A DNA stretch of 64,000 nt, from positions 28,282 through 92,281 of IMG/VR virus record IMGVR_UViG_2974649431_000001; one strand, 5' to 3'. The position numbers were made by a program, and so were the translations under genes. This document shows positions 37,673 to 47,282 of the stretch, one piece after another; the stretch's first letter is position 1; each line of letters begins with the position of its first letter. The DNA is from a virus (Duplodnaviria; Heunggongvirae; Uroviricota; Caudoviricetes). Below the pieces are notes generated by a model. It did no database searches. It was given only the letters and a program-made list of their open reading frames with translations, and was not told where the DNA came from.

Positions 37673-37694
37673 TCAGGGAAGGTGGTAGCACAAG

Positions 37695-37720
37695 AAGGAC
37701 CCTTCGGGGTCCTTTTTCTT
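37695..37720 (+). terminator. rho-independent terminator (UUCG tetraloop)
   Basis: AAGGACCC-TTCG-GGGTCCTT followed by TTTCTT after gp23. Confidence 0.92.
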
Positions 37721-37729
37721 TGGTTGCGC

Positions 37730-37738
37730 TGCTATAAT
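37730..37738 (+). promoter_or_regulatory. extended -10 sigma70-type promoter
   Basis: TGCTATAAT (TGn + TATAAT) just after the terminator, upstream of the dNMP kinase. Confidence 0.55.
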
Positions 37739-37763
37739 AGTGGCTTCAACGCAACGGAGCCAA

Positions 37764-38363
37764 ATGTACTTTCCCAGCACCCGACCTTTCATCAATGTTC
37801 CTGTGATCGGCATTACCGGCCGGAAACAAAGCGGTAAAAACTGGTTTGCGGACCAACTTGCGTCCCGCATCCACCAATTCGGCTACGAGTCAGCGCAGGT
37901 GAGCTTCGCGGCTCCTCTCAAGCTCGCATGCCACAGCATCTTCGGCTGGAATCTCTGCGACATGGAAAGCGAGCGCTTCAAGTCGACGGTGGACCCCCGC
38001 ATCGGCAAGACTCCCCGTCAAGTGCTCCAGCTCATTGGCACCGAATTCGGCCGCCAGATGATCTGCGACACCCTCTGGGTGGACATCGCCCGTGAAGCGA
38101 TCAAGAGCAATCACCGTGCAGGCAAGATCTCGATCGTTACGGACCTGCGCTTCGACAACGAGGCCGCGCTGATCAAGGAGCTGGGCGGCAAGATCCTGCG
38201 CGTCGTTCGCCCCGACCAGGCTCCTGCGACGGACACCCACGTGAGCGAAGCCGGCATTACGTGCGCAGTGGATGCTGAGTACGTGAACGACGTCGACTCC
38301 CAGGATATCAACGCCAGGGTAGCAGCCGAGGAAGCGGCCATCCTGACTCTCCTGGGTCTCTGA
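37764..38363 (+). CDS. deoxynucleoside monophosphate kinase (T4 gp1-like)
   Basis: IGITGRKQSGK P-loop, SFAAPLK, TPRQVLQ.IGTE.GR, VTDLRF.NE, H.SE.G. Confidence 0.92.
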   Translation: MYFPSTRPFINVPVIGITGRKQSGKNWFADQLASRIHQFGYESAQVSFAAPLKLACHSIFGWNLCDMESERFKSTVDPRIGKTPRQVLQLIGTEFGRQMICDTLWVDIAREAIKSNHRAGKISIVTDLRFDNEAALIKELGGKILRVVRPDQAPATDTHVSEAGITCAVDAEYVNDVDSQDINARVAAEEAAILTLLGL

Positions 38364-38367
38364 GTCC

Positions 38368-38392
38368 TAAATACTCCTGACAAAGGAGTGTT
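38368..38392 (+). promoter_or_regulatory. late promoter overlapping an RBS-occluding hairpin
   Basis: TAAATA (38368-38373) lies in the 5' arm of the stem (A)ATACTCCT-GACAA-AGGAGTGT(T), whose 3' arm holds the SD AGGAG of the endolysin. Confidence 0.7.
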
Positions 38393-38394
38393 GA

Positions 38395-38859
38395 ATGGAC
38401 TACATCGTATCGGACGCGGGCGCAGCGCTCGCAATGGAATTTGAAGGCTTCGAGCCGGCCGCTTACCTTGACATGGTGGGCGTTCCGACAATCGGCTACG
38501 GTCTGACCCGCTGGTTCGGCCGCCCCGGCAAGCCCCGCGTTCAGATGGGAGAGACCATCGACCGAGAGACGGCGTTCCAGGAACTGGTGTTCACACTCCA
38601 GAGCTTCTGGGACGAAGTTGAGAACCGCGTCATGGTCCCTCTGGAGCAATACCAAGTGGATGCACTCGCCTCGTTCATCTACAACGTGGGGACGACGGCC
38701 TTCCTGGGCTCCACGATGCTGCGCAAGCTGAACAATGGCGACTTCGAAGGCGCTGCAAACGAGTTCCAGCGCTGGAACAAAGCTGGCGGTCAAGTCGTGC
38801 GAGGCCTGACTCGCCGGCGTGCTGCTGAAGAGGCGCTGTTCCGAGGTGCGACACGATGA
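38395..38859 (+). CDS. endolysin, GH24 (phage lysozyme) muramidase
   Basis: FEG....Y.D..GVPTIGYG catalytic E-8aa-D-5aa-T triad; DAL.SF.YNVG..F..ST..RKLN..RW...GL.RRR..E. Confidence 0.93.
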   Translation: MDYIVSDAGAALAMEFEGFEPAAYLDMVGVPTIGYGLTRWFGRPGKPRVQMGETIDRETAFQELVFTLQSFWDEVENRVMVPLEQYQVDALASFIYNVGTTAFLGSTMLRKLNNGDFEGAANEFQRWNKAGGQVVRGLTRRRAAEEALFRGATR

Positions 38860-39317
38860 ACTACAACCAGGCACTAGGCACAAGCTTCTTGCTGGAGATT
38901 CCCTTCCTTGAGGAGGTGAACTACTTCTGCCAGACTGCTGAGGTGCCTGGTCTGACGATGGCCGGCGTTGACACGCCGTTCAAGAACTTTCAGGGCGCAA
39001 TGCCCTCCAACCGCATCGACTTCGACCAGCTGAACATCACGTTCCTGGTCGATGAACAGTGGACCAACTGGTACAGCATTCTCGAGTGGATGAAGAGGAT
39101 CCGGCGCGGCAACGCACCCCTTCCGAAGGAGATGGTGGACATCACGCTCCACCTGCTCAACTCCAACAAGAACTTGAACAAGCAACTGGTGTTCCGAGGC
39201 GCCTTCCCGGTCATGCTGGGCACGCTGCCCCTGGAGAGCTCAGTGGTCGACGTCGACCCGCTTGTCTGCTCACTCGCGTTTCGCTTCCAGGATTATGAGA
39301 TGACAAAGGCTACATGA
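38856..39317 (+). CDS. gp3: tail tube terminator / completion protein gp3
   Basis: F.L.IP....VNYFCQ...VPG...P...I.FD.L.ITFLVDE...NW..I..WM..F.GAFP..L..F.FQ. Confidence 0.85.
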   Translation: MNYNQALGTSFLLEIPFLEEVNYFCQTAEVPGLTMAGVDTPFKNFQGAMPSNRIDFDQLNITFLVDEQWTNWYSILEWMKRIRRGNAPLPKEMVDITLHLLNSNKNLNKQLVFRGAFPVMLGTLPLESSVVDVDPLVCSLAFRFQDYEMTKAT

Positions 39318-39742
39318 AGACTTCTGAGATCCAGGAAATGATTGCTGCAGACTCCGTGCTAGACGAGAACCGTCTGGACTTCGAGAGCTTGCGCATACCC
39401 CAGCTTCACTCCAAGTATTACCGCCTCTTCATGGACGAGGCGCGGACCCTGAAGGAGATGAACTTCGCCTACGCGAAGATGAAGAAGGAGAAGACGGAAT
39501 ACTACCTTGGCAAGGCCCCGGAAGAGGTCTACAAGGAGAAGCCGCTCGATATGAAGGTCTTGAAGACCGACCTGGACCTCTACATGAACGGGGACATGGA
39601 GCTCCACGAGATGGAGACTAAGATGCAGCTACAGAAGCTGAAGACGGAAATGTTGGAGAAGTTCATCACGACGTTGAACCAACGGGGCTTCTCCATCAAG
39701 ACGGCGCTGGACTTCATGAAGTTCAAGGCCGGGGAGTATTGA
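39314..39742 (+). CDS. uvsY: recombination mediator UvsY
   Basis: DS..DE..LD.ES..IP.LHSKY...K.EYY.GK..K..L..Y...D..R.F.IK.A.DF.KF.AG. Confidence 0.9.
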   Translation: MKTSEIQEMIAADSVLDENRLDFESLRIPQLHSKYYRLFMDEARTLKEMNFAYAKMKKEKTEYYLGKAPEEVYKEKPLDMKVLKTDLDLYMNGDMELHEMETKMQLQKLKTEMLEKFITTLNQRGFSIKTALDFMKFKAGEY

Positions 39743-41226
39743 TGGCTGACATTCGCGTTCATTACGTCAACGAGCTTCACTGTCGCATCGACTGCGAGAA
39801 GTCCATCGCATACGAAATCTGGGACCAGGTGTCCTTCTTCGTTCCGGGCTACAAGTTCAGCCCCAAGTTCAAGGCGGGCATCTGGGACGGCAAAATCCGC
39901 TTGCTGAACCTCCGCACTGGACTGGTCTTCAAGAACTTGCTCCCCACAATCTACGCCTGGGCAACGGAAGCGGGCTACAGCATGGAGCTCGTGGAGAAGG
40001 CGAAGTTCAGGCCCCAAGTCGACTTCGACCCCACGTGGCTGGACCGCTGGGCGGAGTACGGCACGATGGAGCCTATGGCGCACCAACGGGAGTACATCAA
40101 GGAAGCGCTGACGCGCAACCAGTGCCTTGCGCTATCCCCAACGTCCTCAGGCAAGTCCTACATCATCTATATGTGCGTGCGATACCTGCTGGAGAACACC
40201 GAGGGGAAGGTCCTCATCACGGTGCCGTCGACTTCCCTCGTCGAGCAGCTCTACAGCGACTTCGAGGAGTACGCGGTGGACTGGGATGTGGGCGCACACG
40301 TACAGAAGCTCTACGGCGGCATGGACAAGGTGATGAAGAACCGAGTGGTCATCTCCACTTGGCAGTCCATCTACAAGAACCCTCCGAAGTGGTTCGCCCC
40401 CTTCACGAGTTACTTCTGCGACGAGGCCCACGGCGCAGACGCCAAGTCCATCAGCGGCATCATCGACAACCTGCCGACGTGCCCCATCCGCATCGGCCTC
40501 ACGGGGACGCTGGACGGCACGCTCATCCACGAGCTGGAAATGCGGGGTCGCTTTGGGAGCGTAGTGAAGAAAATCACTACGCGCCAGCTCATGGACCTGG
40601 GCTTGGTTGCCAAGCTGACGATCAACTGCCACCGCATCAAGTACACGCGCGAGGAGTGCGAGGCGATGTACGCAAGCAAGGACTACGAGAAGGAAGTGGA
40701 CTACGTCATCGGACACGAGGGGCGCAACGACTTCATCGTGGACCTAGCGATGAAGGAGAAGGGCAACACCCTCATCCTCTTCAACTTCATCGAGCGTCAA
40801 GGCGACCTGCTGCACAAGAAGCTCCAGGAGGCTGTAGCGAAGGAAGGCCGGAGCGTCTACTACATCACTGGCAAGATGAAGACGCAGGAGCGGGAGCGCA
40901 TCCGCAAGCTCATGGAGCAGGAAACGGGCGTCGTCCTCTTGGCTACCTATGGGGTGCTGTCCACGGGCGTGTCCATCAAGAACCTGGACCACATCATCTT
41001 CGCGCATCCCTACAAGGCGAAGATCAAGAACCTGCAGTCTATCGGCCGGGGCTTGCGCTTGCGGAAAGGCAAGACGGATGCGCGCCTCAGCGACATTGGC
41101 GATGACTTCAGCTACACGCCCCGCACGAAGGAGTGGACGAACCACTTGATGAAGCACTTCGTCGAGCGGCTCAAGGTTTACAAGTCTGAGGAATTCGACT
41201 ACGAGATTTTTGACACAGTGCTGTAA
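39742..41226 (+). CDS. uvsW: SF2 DNA helicase UvsW
   Basis: PGYKF.PK...G.WDGKI, SPTSSGKS (Walker A), DEAH, GLTGT, ATYG..STG.SIKNL, LQSIGR.LR. Confidence 0.95.
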   Translation: MADIRVHYVNELHCRIDCEKSIAYEIWDQVSFFVPGYKFSPKFKAGIWDGKIRLLNLRTGLVFKNLLPTIYAWATEAGYSMELVEKAKFRPQVDFDPTWLDRWAEYGTMEPMAHQREYIKEALTRNQCLALSPTSSGKSYIIYMCVRYLLENTEGKVLITVPSTSLVEQLYSDFEEYAVDWDVGAHVQKLYGGMDKVMKNRVVISTWQSIYKNPPKWFAPFTSYFCDEAHGADAKSISGIIDNLPTCPIRIGLTGTLDGTLIHELEMRGRFGSVVKKITTRQLMDLGLVAKLTINCHRIKYTREECEAMYASKDYEKEVDYVIGHEGRNDFIVDLAMKEKGNTLILFNFIERQGDLLHKKLQEAVAKEGRSVYYITGKMKTQERERIRKLMEQETGVVLLATYGVLSTGVSIKNLDHIIFAHPYKAKIKNLQSIGRGLRLRKGKTDARLSDIGDDFSYTPRTKEWTNHLMKHFVERLKVYKSEEFDYEIFDTVL

Positions 41227-41252
41227 AATTGAGGGTGTCAAAGAAAGGACAA

Positions 41253-41741
41253 ATGGACACCCCCAACCCAACCAACACTTCATCATCACACTATGTGGAC
41301 AAAGCGCAGCTGATGGTCGACATCTGCGACTGGCAAGACGCATGCCAGGCTGCGCGAGAGGCTGGTCAAGAAGAGCCTCGCATGTATGAGTCAATCGGCA
41401 GGGCCATCCTGGCGATCTCGACCAACATGGGAACCCGATGGAACTTCAGCGGCTACAGCTGGGTGGACGAGATGGTGCTGGACGGCATCGTCGCAGCCAC
41501 CCGTGCTGTGCCCAAGTTCGACCGCGCGCACCCCAAGAAGAATCCCTTCGGCTTCCTGTCGTTCATCATCTGGCGAGCGTTCCTCGCACGGATCAAGTCC
41601 GAGAAGGAAGAGCAAGAAGGCCGCATGTCCATGATGTTGGACGAGACGATCGCGGCCTACAATACGCAGGATGCAGACAGCGATATCGAGCTGTCCAAGT
41701 CAGAGCTCATTGGCACCTACTCTTTCAACTCCGGGGAATGA
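41253..41741 (+). CDS. gp55: late-transcription sigma factor gp55
   Basis: HYVDK..IG..I..I......WNFSGYSW.DEM..DGI......KFD.....NPF......I...AFL.RIK.EK. Confidence 0.92.
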   Translation: MDTPNPTNTSSSHYVDKAQLMVDICDWQDACQAAREAGQEEPRMYESIGRAILAISTNMGTRWNFSGYSWVDEMVLDGIVAATRAVPKFDRAHPKKNPFGFLSFIIWRAFLARIKSEKEEQEGRMSMMLDETIAAYNTQDADSDIELSKSELIGTYSFNSGE

Positions 41742-41900
41742 CTTTCCGGGGGTGTTGAAGACCATGAGGTTGGTGCTGTCGGGGACGCTGAAGCCCCGGC
41801 GCCCTACCTTCCCCTGGGTCGCAATGCTCCTGACGTACCCGCTTTCGTACTTCCTGATTCTCATTGTCGTCCTGCTCGCGCAGAGAAAGATCATACCCCT

Positions 41901-42962
41901 TTGAAGACAGCATTCATTACCGACCAACACTTTGGAGTCCGCAGCGACTCCCTGGTGTTCCTGGACAACTACGAGCGTTTCTACAAGGAGACGTTCTTCC
42001 CCACCATCGACAAGCTGGGCATCACGACTGTCGTGGACCTCGGCGACCTCATGGAGAACCGGCGCGTCACCAACAGCCAAACAATGAAGCGGACCAAGGC
42101 CATGTGGTTCGATGAGCTGCGCAACCGCGGCATCAAGCTCATCAAGATCTATGGCAACCACGACGTGTTCTTCCGCAACCGCAACGATGTCAACAGCGTG
42201 GACATCTTCGGCGAGATCTACGAGAACGTGCACATCATCCAAGCCCATGAGGTCGTGGACCTGGGTGTGCCTGTGGGCTTGATCAGCTGGATCAACAACA
42301 GCAACCTGGAAGAGTCGCTGGAGTGGATCGCTGGCTTGCCCGGCAAGGGCGTGAAGCACCTCGGCGGCCACTTCGAGATCAAGGGCTTCGAAATGACCAA
42401 GGGGCAGGCCGCTACCCATGGTTTCGACAAGGAAGTGTTTGACGGCTTCGACGCAGTGTGGTCGGGCCACTTCCATGTGCGCAGCCAGCAAGGTCAAATC
42501 AAGTACCTCAGCAACCCCAGTCAGACCAACTGGGGTGACGTCGGCTTGGAGAAGGGCTTCCACGTCTTCGACAGCGAGACTGGAGAGATGACGCCCTACA
42601 ACAACCCCTTCGAGATGTACAAGGAGATCACGTGGGGAGTGGACGAAGCCCGTGTGGAAGACTTCCAGGGAAAGTACGGCCGCATCCACGTGCCTGCTTT
42701 CCAGGGGAAGAGCCGCGCAGAAATTGACGTGTTCATCGACGCCGCAAATGAGCGCTGCCTCGGGATCCAGGTCATCGAGGGGACCGTAAAATTGGACGGC
42801 GTTGACGTCGATGACGAAGACGACACCATGAGCACTGCAATGATCGTCGACGCCTACATCGACGACGCTGTCGGCAGCCGCGAAGACCTTGACCCTGAGG
42901 TCCTGAAGAAAATGTTTCGCGAACTCCTAGCCGACGCTACTTCACGAATGGAGATTGAATGA
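41901..42962 (+). CDS. gp47: recombination endonuclease subunit gp47 (Mre11-like)
   Basis: TDQHFG, DLGDL, GNHD, GHFE, SGHFH phosphoesterase motifs. Confidence 0.95.
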   Translation: MKTAFITDQHFGVRSDSLVFLDNYERFYKETFFPTIDKLGITTVVDLGDLMENRRVTNSQTMKRTKAMWFDELRNRGIKLIKIYGNHDVFFRNRNDVNSVDIFGEIYENVHIIQAHEVVDLGVPVGLISWINNSNLEESLEWIAGLPGKGVKHLGGHFEIKGFEMTKGQAATHGFDKEVFDGFDAVWSGHFHVRSQQGQIKYLSNPSQTNWGDVGLEKGFHVFDSETGEMTPYNNPFEMYKEITWGVDEARVEDFQGKYGRIHVPAFQGKSRAEIDVFIDAANERCLGIQVIEGTVKLDGVDVDDEDDTMSTAMIVDAYIDDAVGSREDLDPEVLKKMFRELLADATSRMEIE

Positions 42963-44986
42963 TCCGCTTCACGCGCCTGCGCTGGCGCAACCTTTTCAGC
43001 TACGGCAACACGTGGACGGACATCCAGCTGGACCGCAGCCCTTCGACCATCATCCTGGGGAAGAACGGGGGCGGCAAGTCGGCATTCTTCGAAGCACTGC
43101 ATATCAACCTCTTCGGCCAGTCCATCCGCCCGCTGAAGAAGCAGCAGTGGGTGAACAACAAGAACGCGAAGGGGCTCGAAACTGAATCCTACTTCATGGA
43201 CGGGGAGGACGAGATCGTCATCCGACGTTGCGTGAAGCCAGACGAGTTCACGATCACGCGCAATGGACAGCCCCTCAACCAGGAGGCGAGCGTCCGGGAA
43301 ATGCAAAACATCATCAACCGTGACATCCTGGGCAGTGACAAGGTGGGCTTCCAGATCACCACGCTGATCAGCAAGTCCGGCATCCAGATGTTCATGAGCT
43401 TGAAGGCCGAGGAGCGCCGGCGCTTCATCGACAACATGCTGGGCACGGGCGTCTTCACGGAGATGGCGAAGCTGCAGAAGGTCGAGAATGACAAGCTGAA
43501 GCAGCTCATCGAGGCCACTACTACCAAAGTGACGCGAAGTACAGCCCTTGTGGAGGGCAAGCGTAGCGAAATCGCCACAGCAGTGCAGATGCAGGCCGAC
43601 GCAGCAGCGCAGCGCCAGCGCGAGCATGAAGCGCGTTTGCAAAACCGGCATGCGGGGGTCAAATCAGCGCAGGAAGCGCTGGAAAAGGCTCGGGCAGTAT
43701 CAGACTACGACCAAGACGAAAAAGAGGACGTTTTAAGGGCCCAAAAGAAGCTGGATGAGCTTGATCCATCCGTCACGGTACCCGAACTGTTGATCGAAGA
43801 GCTGCGCGCATGCGAGTTCCGGCTGGATGGAGCAGACGACACGTTCATCGAAGTCGACGCGGAAGAGCACCAGCGCTTGAAAAAGAAGCGGGACGAGCTG
43901 AACAGCATCGTCTTGAAGATGGAAGCGAAGAAGCTGAGCCTGGAGGGCAGCCTCGATAGCTTGAAAGCGGGCTACTGTCAAGCCTGTCGTCAGGATGTCG
44001 GCGAAGACCACATCAAGGCGGAGCGCGCGAAGCTGGCCCCCAAGGTCATGGAGATCGAGGGCATGCTGGACGACGCGCGCAAGAAGATCGAGGGCTTCGA
44101 GACAAAAATCCGCGTGAACGAAGAGTCCATGCGGAACAACGACCTCGCAGCCCGAGAGGCGAAGCAGGCACAGCGCGACATCGACCGCGCCAAGCAAGCC
44201 ATCGAGGACTTCAGGGGTCGCCAGGAAATCGCGCTGAAGAGCGCCCAACAAGCTCTGGAGGGTGCGGAGAAGCGCCTGGCTCAAGCAGGCACCCGCCACC
44301 AGAAGCGTCTGGAAGAACTGGAAGAGGCGGTACGCAAAGCAGAGGAACAGCTGGAGACGGAGCGGGACTTCGACCCCTCGTCCGGCAGCTCAGCAAGTGC
44401 ACAGCGCATCGCGACAGCAGAGGCAGAGCTGGGCACGCTGGAGCAAGAGCTGGCCAAGGTCATGGAAGAACGCAACGAACAGGCCGTGCGTGCCGAGTAC
44501 ATGGCAGTTATGACGTCCATGCTGAAGGATGGGGGCATCAAGGCTGTGGTGGTCAAGAAGTTCATGCCCATCGTGAACCGCCTCGTGAACGAGAAGCTCG
44601 CAGAGCTGGGCTTCTTCGCCAAGTTTGAGATGGACGAGAACTTCGAGGAGCGCATCCTTTACAACGGCGTTCAGGAGATGACCTTCCACCAGTTCAGCGA
44701 GGGCGAAAAGCTGCGCATCAACCTGGCTCTGATCCTTGCATGGCGCGAGATCGCTCGACTGCAGGGGCGCATGCACTCCAACCTCCTCATGTTCGATGAG
44801 TGCCTGGACGGCAGTCTCGACGACGACGGCTATGAGAGCCTCACGGAAATTTTCAAGGTTCTGGGCAACTTGAATGTGTTCATTATTTCCCACAATCCCA
44901 ACAAGATGGAGAACATCGTCAGAACGAAAATGATCATGGAAAAAACAAACGGCTTCAGCAGGCTCGCCGACACCGTGGTTAGCTGA
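42959..44986 (+). CDS. gp46: recombination ATPase subunit gp46 (Rad50-like)
   Basis: GKNGGGKS Walker A, CQAC zinc hook, FSEGEK signature, LLMFDE Walker B, ISH. Confidence 0.95.
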   Translation: MIRFTRLRWRNLFSYGNTWTDIQLDRSPSTIILGKNGGGKSAFFEALHINLFGQSIRPLKKQQWVNNKNAKGLETESYFMDGEDEIVIRRCVKPDEFTITRNGQPLNQEASVREMQNIINRDILGSDKVGFQITTLISKSGIQMFMSLKAEERRRFIDNMLGTGVFTEMAKLQKVENDKLKQLIEATTTKVTRSTALVEGKRSEIATAVQMQADAAAQRQREHEARLQNRHAGVKSAQEALEKARAVSDYDQDEKEDVLRAQKKLDELDPSVTVPELLIEELRACEFRLDGADDTFIEVDAEEHQRLKKKRDELNSIVLKMEAKKLSLEGSLDSLKAGYCQACRQDVGEDHIKAERAKLAPKVMEIEGMLDDARKKIEGFETKIRVNEESMRNNDLAAREAKQAQRDIDRAKQAIEDFRGRQEIALKSAQQALEGAEKRLAQAGTRHQKRLEELEEAVRKAEEQLETERDFDPSSGSSASAQRIATAEAELGTLEQELAKVMEERNEQAVRAEYMAVMTSMLKDGGIKAVVVKKFMPIVNRLVNEKLAELGFFAKFEMDENFEERILYNGVQEMTFHQFSEGEKLRINLALILAWREIARLQGRMHSNLLMFDECLDGSLDDDGYESLTEIFKVLGNLNVFIISHNPNKMENIVRTKMIMEKTNGFSRLADTVVS

Positions 44987-44995
44987 AAGTCACGC

Positions 44996-45001
44996 TATAA
45001 T
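44996..45001 (+). promoter_or_regulatory. -10 element (TATAAT) upstream of gp45
   Basis: GCTATAAT in the gp46-gp45 gap; no clear -35 element. Confidence 0.4.
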
Positions 45002-45034
45002 CAAAGCTCATTAACTAAGGGCACTTTGCAAAAA

Positions 45035-45673
45035 ATGCAACCAAAAACCATCGAAATCCTGAAATCTTTCGCAGCCATCAACCAGGGCATCGTCGTCCGC
45101 GAGGGCAACGTGCTGCGCACCATGTCGCAGTCGAAGAACATCTTCGGCACGGCCACCGTCCCCGACGACTTCCCGCGTGAGTTCGCGATCTACAACCTGA
45201 ACGAGCTGCTGAGCGTGCTGAGCCTGTTCGAGGCACCAGAAATCGGCTACGGCGACGACGCCATCACGATCAAGCAAGGCCGCTCCACCATCCAGTACGT
45301 CTACTCGTCGCCGGCTGTGGTGGTCGCGCCCCCCGCCGACAAGAGCATCCCGGTGAAGGACGTGCAGCTGGAGTTCGACCTGACCAAGGAAGGCCTGACG
45401 GCGCTGCTGAAGGCGGCTGCAGTGATGAAGGCTGCTGACCTGGTGGTGACCAAGAAGGGGCTGTCGGCGATCGACAAGAAGCGCGGCGGCGAGAACAGCT
45501 ACCAAGTGGACCTGGACGTGGAAGGCGACACCAACGACGAGTTCAGCGTGAAGATCGACACGCTGAAGGGCGTGATCCCCGCGAACTACCGCGTGCGCGT
45601 GACGCCCCGCGTGATCAGCTTCGATGCCGAAGGCCTGTCGTATGTGATCGCGCTGGACAAGGACAAGGCGTAA
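45035..45673 (+). CDS. gp45: sliding clamp gp45
   Basis: T.EILK.FA.INQGI....GN..RT.S...NI...A...D.FP.EFAIY.L.E.LS..SLF. Confidence 0.93.
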   Translation: MQPKTIEILKSFAAINQGIVVREGNVLRTMSQSKNIFGTATVPDDFPREFAIYNLNELLSVLSLFEAPEIGYGDDAITIKQGRSTIQYVYSSPAVVVAPPADKSIPVKDVQLEFDLTKEGLTALLKAAAVMKAADLVVTKKGLSAIDKKRGGENSYQVDLDVEGDTNDEFSVKIDTLKGVIPANYRVRVTPRVISFDAEGLSYVIALDKDKA

Positions 45674-45709
45674 ACCCGAGGGCTACGGCCCTCTACTATG
45701 AGGAAATGA

Positions 45710-46657
45710 ATGACAAGTGATGTGAAAAGTCTGGTGTGGGTGGAGGCTTACCGTCCCCGCACCATCGAGGAGTGCATCCTGCCCCCTCGGCTGAAGGAGT
45801 TTTTCCAGCAGCTCGTGGACAAGAACGAGCTGCAGAACATGACCCTGGTGGGTGGGGCTGGTACTGGCAAGACCACCGTGGCGCGTGCGCTGTGTGAGCA
45901 GATGGGCATCGACTACATCGTGATCAACGCGTCTGAGGAGCGGAACATCGACACGATTCGGACAACGGTGCGGCAGTTCGGTTCGACGATGTCGCTGACG
46001 TCCGACAAGAAGTGCATCATCCTGGACGAGGCGGACTACCTGAACGCGAACAGCGCGCAGCCCGCACTCCGTGGGGTGATCGAGGAGTTCGCAGGTACCT
46101 GCTACTTCATCCAGACCTGCAACTTCGGCAACCGCATCATCGAGCCGCTGCTGTCGCGATGCCCTGTGGTCGACTTCTCGTTCTCCAAGCAAGAGCGCGA
46201 AGACCTGGCCATCGCGTTCGCCAAGCGCCTCAAGACCATCTTGAAGCAGAACGAGATCGAGTTCGAGAACGAACAACTCTTCCAGGTGGTCGTGAAGAAC
46301 TTTCCGGACTTCCGTCGCACGCTGAACCTCCTGCAGCGCTACACGACCAGCGGCCGACTGGAGATCAGCAGCATGACTTCTATGGGCGAAGGCGCGATCC
46401 GCGAGCTGGTGAAGCACCTGAAGGCCAAGGAGTTCGGCAAGATGCGCAAGTGGGTGGTGGAGAACCTGGACAACGATGGCGCGGTCATCCGTCGCGGAAT
46501 CTACGACCAGTGCTTCAACATCATCGAAGCGGACAGCATCCCAGAAGTGATCCTGCTGCTGGCGCAGTACGACTACAAGGAGAGCTTCGTGGCCGACCGA
46601 GAAGTCAACATGGTCGCAATGCTCACCGAAATCATGGCAACGGCGAACTTCAAATGA
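45710..46657 (+). CDS. gp44: clamp loader large subunit gp44
   Basis: WVE.YRP..IEECILP, GGAGTGKTT, INAS, ILDEAD, PL.SRC, FPDFRR. Confidence 0.96.
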   Translation: MTSDVKSLVWVEAYRPRTIEECILPPRLKEFFQQLVDKNELQNMTLVGGAGTGKTTVARALCEQMGIDYIVINASEERNIDTIRTTVRQFGSTMSLTSDKKCIILDEADYLNANSAQPALRGVIEEFAGTCYFIQTCNFGNRIIEPLLSRCPVVDFSFSKQEREDLAIAFAKRLKTILKQNEIEFENEQLFQVVVKNFPDFRRTLNLLQRYTTSGRLEISSMTSMGEGAIRELVKHLKAKEFGKMRKWVVENLDNDGAVIRRGIYDQCFNIIEADSIPEVILLLAQYDYKESFVADREVNMVAMLTEIMATANFK

Positions 46658-46893
46658 CCGAAAAGAAAATCTACGAAGTCGAGCTCCATCGGCGCGTCTA
46701 CGACAACGGCAATGGACAGTACATCACGGTACGGCCCTGCACTGACTTCCCGGGCAACGTGCTGCTCTGTGTGGACAAGAGCCAGCAAGAGTACTGGGGT
46801 GACGTCCGCCTCTCGATCCCGTATGGGTTGGCTGCCAAGCTCGGCCAAGCGATGGTCGACGCTGCTTTCGACGAGGAATGCAAGGAAGAATGA
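46654..46893 (+). CDS. hypothetical protein inserted between gp44 and gp62
   Basis: ATGA overlaps at both ends; MTEKKIYEVELHRRVYDNGNG...; phage-like codon usage. Confidence 0.65.
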   Translation: MTEKKIYEVELHRRVYDNGNGQYITVRPCTDFPGNVLLCVDKSQQEYWGDVRLSIPYGLAAKLGQAMVDAAFDEECKEE

Positions 46894-47276
46894 GTGAGAA
46901 GTTGAGCCCCTTCGACATTGCGAAGAACATCAACTCCCACGGTCCGCGGTTGGACACTGACGAGGCAGGCTTTGAGTCGTTCGTCATCGTGAAGATCATG
47001 TCCAACACGCCGGACAGCGTGTTCTTTGCAAACGAGCTGAACCAGTATTGGCAGCTCGACAAACAGCTTCAGTATGACTTCCTGAGGTTCGGGCTGCCCA
47101 AGAACATGCGGCGGTTCGGAAAGTGGGAGAAGAAGTCGAAGGACGACGAGGAGGACCTCGCGGCCATCATGGAGGCATTTGGGTACTCGAGGAACAAGGC
47201 CCTAGAGGTCTACCCGGTAGTGCGTGGAAAAATGGATGAGATCAAGGCCCATCTGAACAAGGGCGGAAGGAAGTAA
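46890..47276 (+). CDS. gp62: clamp loader small subunit gp62
   Basis: SPFD..K.IN..F.....MS...D...FANE.N....L....QYDF...G.P...R..KW.K..AF..S..KA.E. Confidence 0.88.
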   Translation: MSEKLSPFDIAKNINSHGPRLDTDEAGFESFVIVKIMSNTPDSVFFANELNQYWQLDKQLQYDFLRFGLPKNMRRFGKWEKKSKDDEEDLAAIMEAFGYSRNKALEVYPVVRGKMDEIKAHLNKGGRK

Positions 47277-47282
47277 TCGGGT

